Shown: positions 59,976-64,000 of the stretch, in pieces
Position numbering within the stretch: the stretch's first letter is position 1
Layout of the letters: each line of letters starts with the position of its first letter
Assembly: GCA_002269645.1 (NCBI GenBank)
Contig: NIVC01000636.1
Coordinates: 124,001-188,000 of the forward strand
DNA: 64,000 bases
Direction of reading: 5' to 3'
Source of the DNA: Macrostomum lignano
Lineage: Eukaryota
Notes under the pieces: generated by a model
Told to the model about the DNA's origin: nothing
Database searches by the model: none
Seen by the model: only the letters and a program-made list of their open reading frames with translations
Made by a program: the position numbers and the translations under genes

Positions 59976-60045
59976 GAGGTTGTAGCCTAGTGGTTAGAGC
60001 ATTGGACTCATGACTGAAAAGTTGGGGGTTTGATTCTCAACTCAC
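59976..60045 (+). pseudogene. Degenerate tRNA-like sequence (tRNA-Met-like pseudogene or SINE head)
   Basis: A-box-like tagcctagtggtta, loop ctcatga (CAT), B-box-like ggtttgattc. Stems are imperfect. Confidence 0.45.
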
Positions 60046-60228
60046 CTAGAACAATTCATATATTTCAGAATCTGGCAAATACCCTAGCAACCTTGGGTAT
60101 TGTAAACTAGCTTACAAGTCACTAAATTTCATTTTTATGTTAAAGTTTTCTTATTTGATAGCCAGATCACTAATGAGTAAACCATATGCTTGGTCATTCT
60201 CTGACCCCCCCACTGGCCCGATGCTGAC

Positions 60229-64000
<3,772 letters not shown>

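Overview
Repeat-rich eukaryotic (animal) genomic DNA: GC-rich spliced exons sit between very AT-rich spacers, and many unrelated minisatellites are present. The style suggests a flatworm such as Macrostomum, but that is inference only. Host genes supported by the sequence: two paralogous 2-exon S1 serine proteases (12851-13646, 18756-19536), a 9-exon PCBP/mub-type triple-KH RNA-binding protein (minus strand, 22217-31642), a SEPT6-group septin (43232-47396, first exon not found), a selenocysteine tRNA gene nested antisense in a septin intron (44978-45064), a 57-aa Lys/Ala-rich basic ORF (53683-53856), an H3.3-type histone (54711-55121), and a coronin running off the right edge (60229 to >64000). 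Mobile DNA: an apparently intact 3.2-kb Chapaev-type DNA transposon (254-bp TIRs, TTTC target-site duplication, 671-aa DDE transposase), Ty3/gypsy relics, I-group-like LINE fragments (two 3' ends stacked between (AAC)n tracts), a broken mariner and several MITEs. No CRISPR array or other prokaryotic system is present. Exon structures were read by hand from GT/AG sites and reading frame. Family assignments rest on motif recognition, not on database searches.
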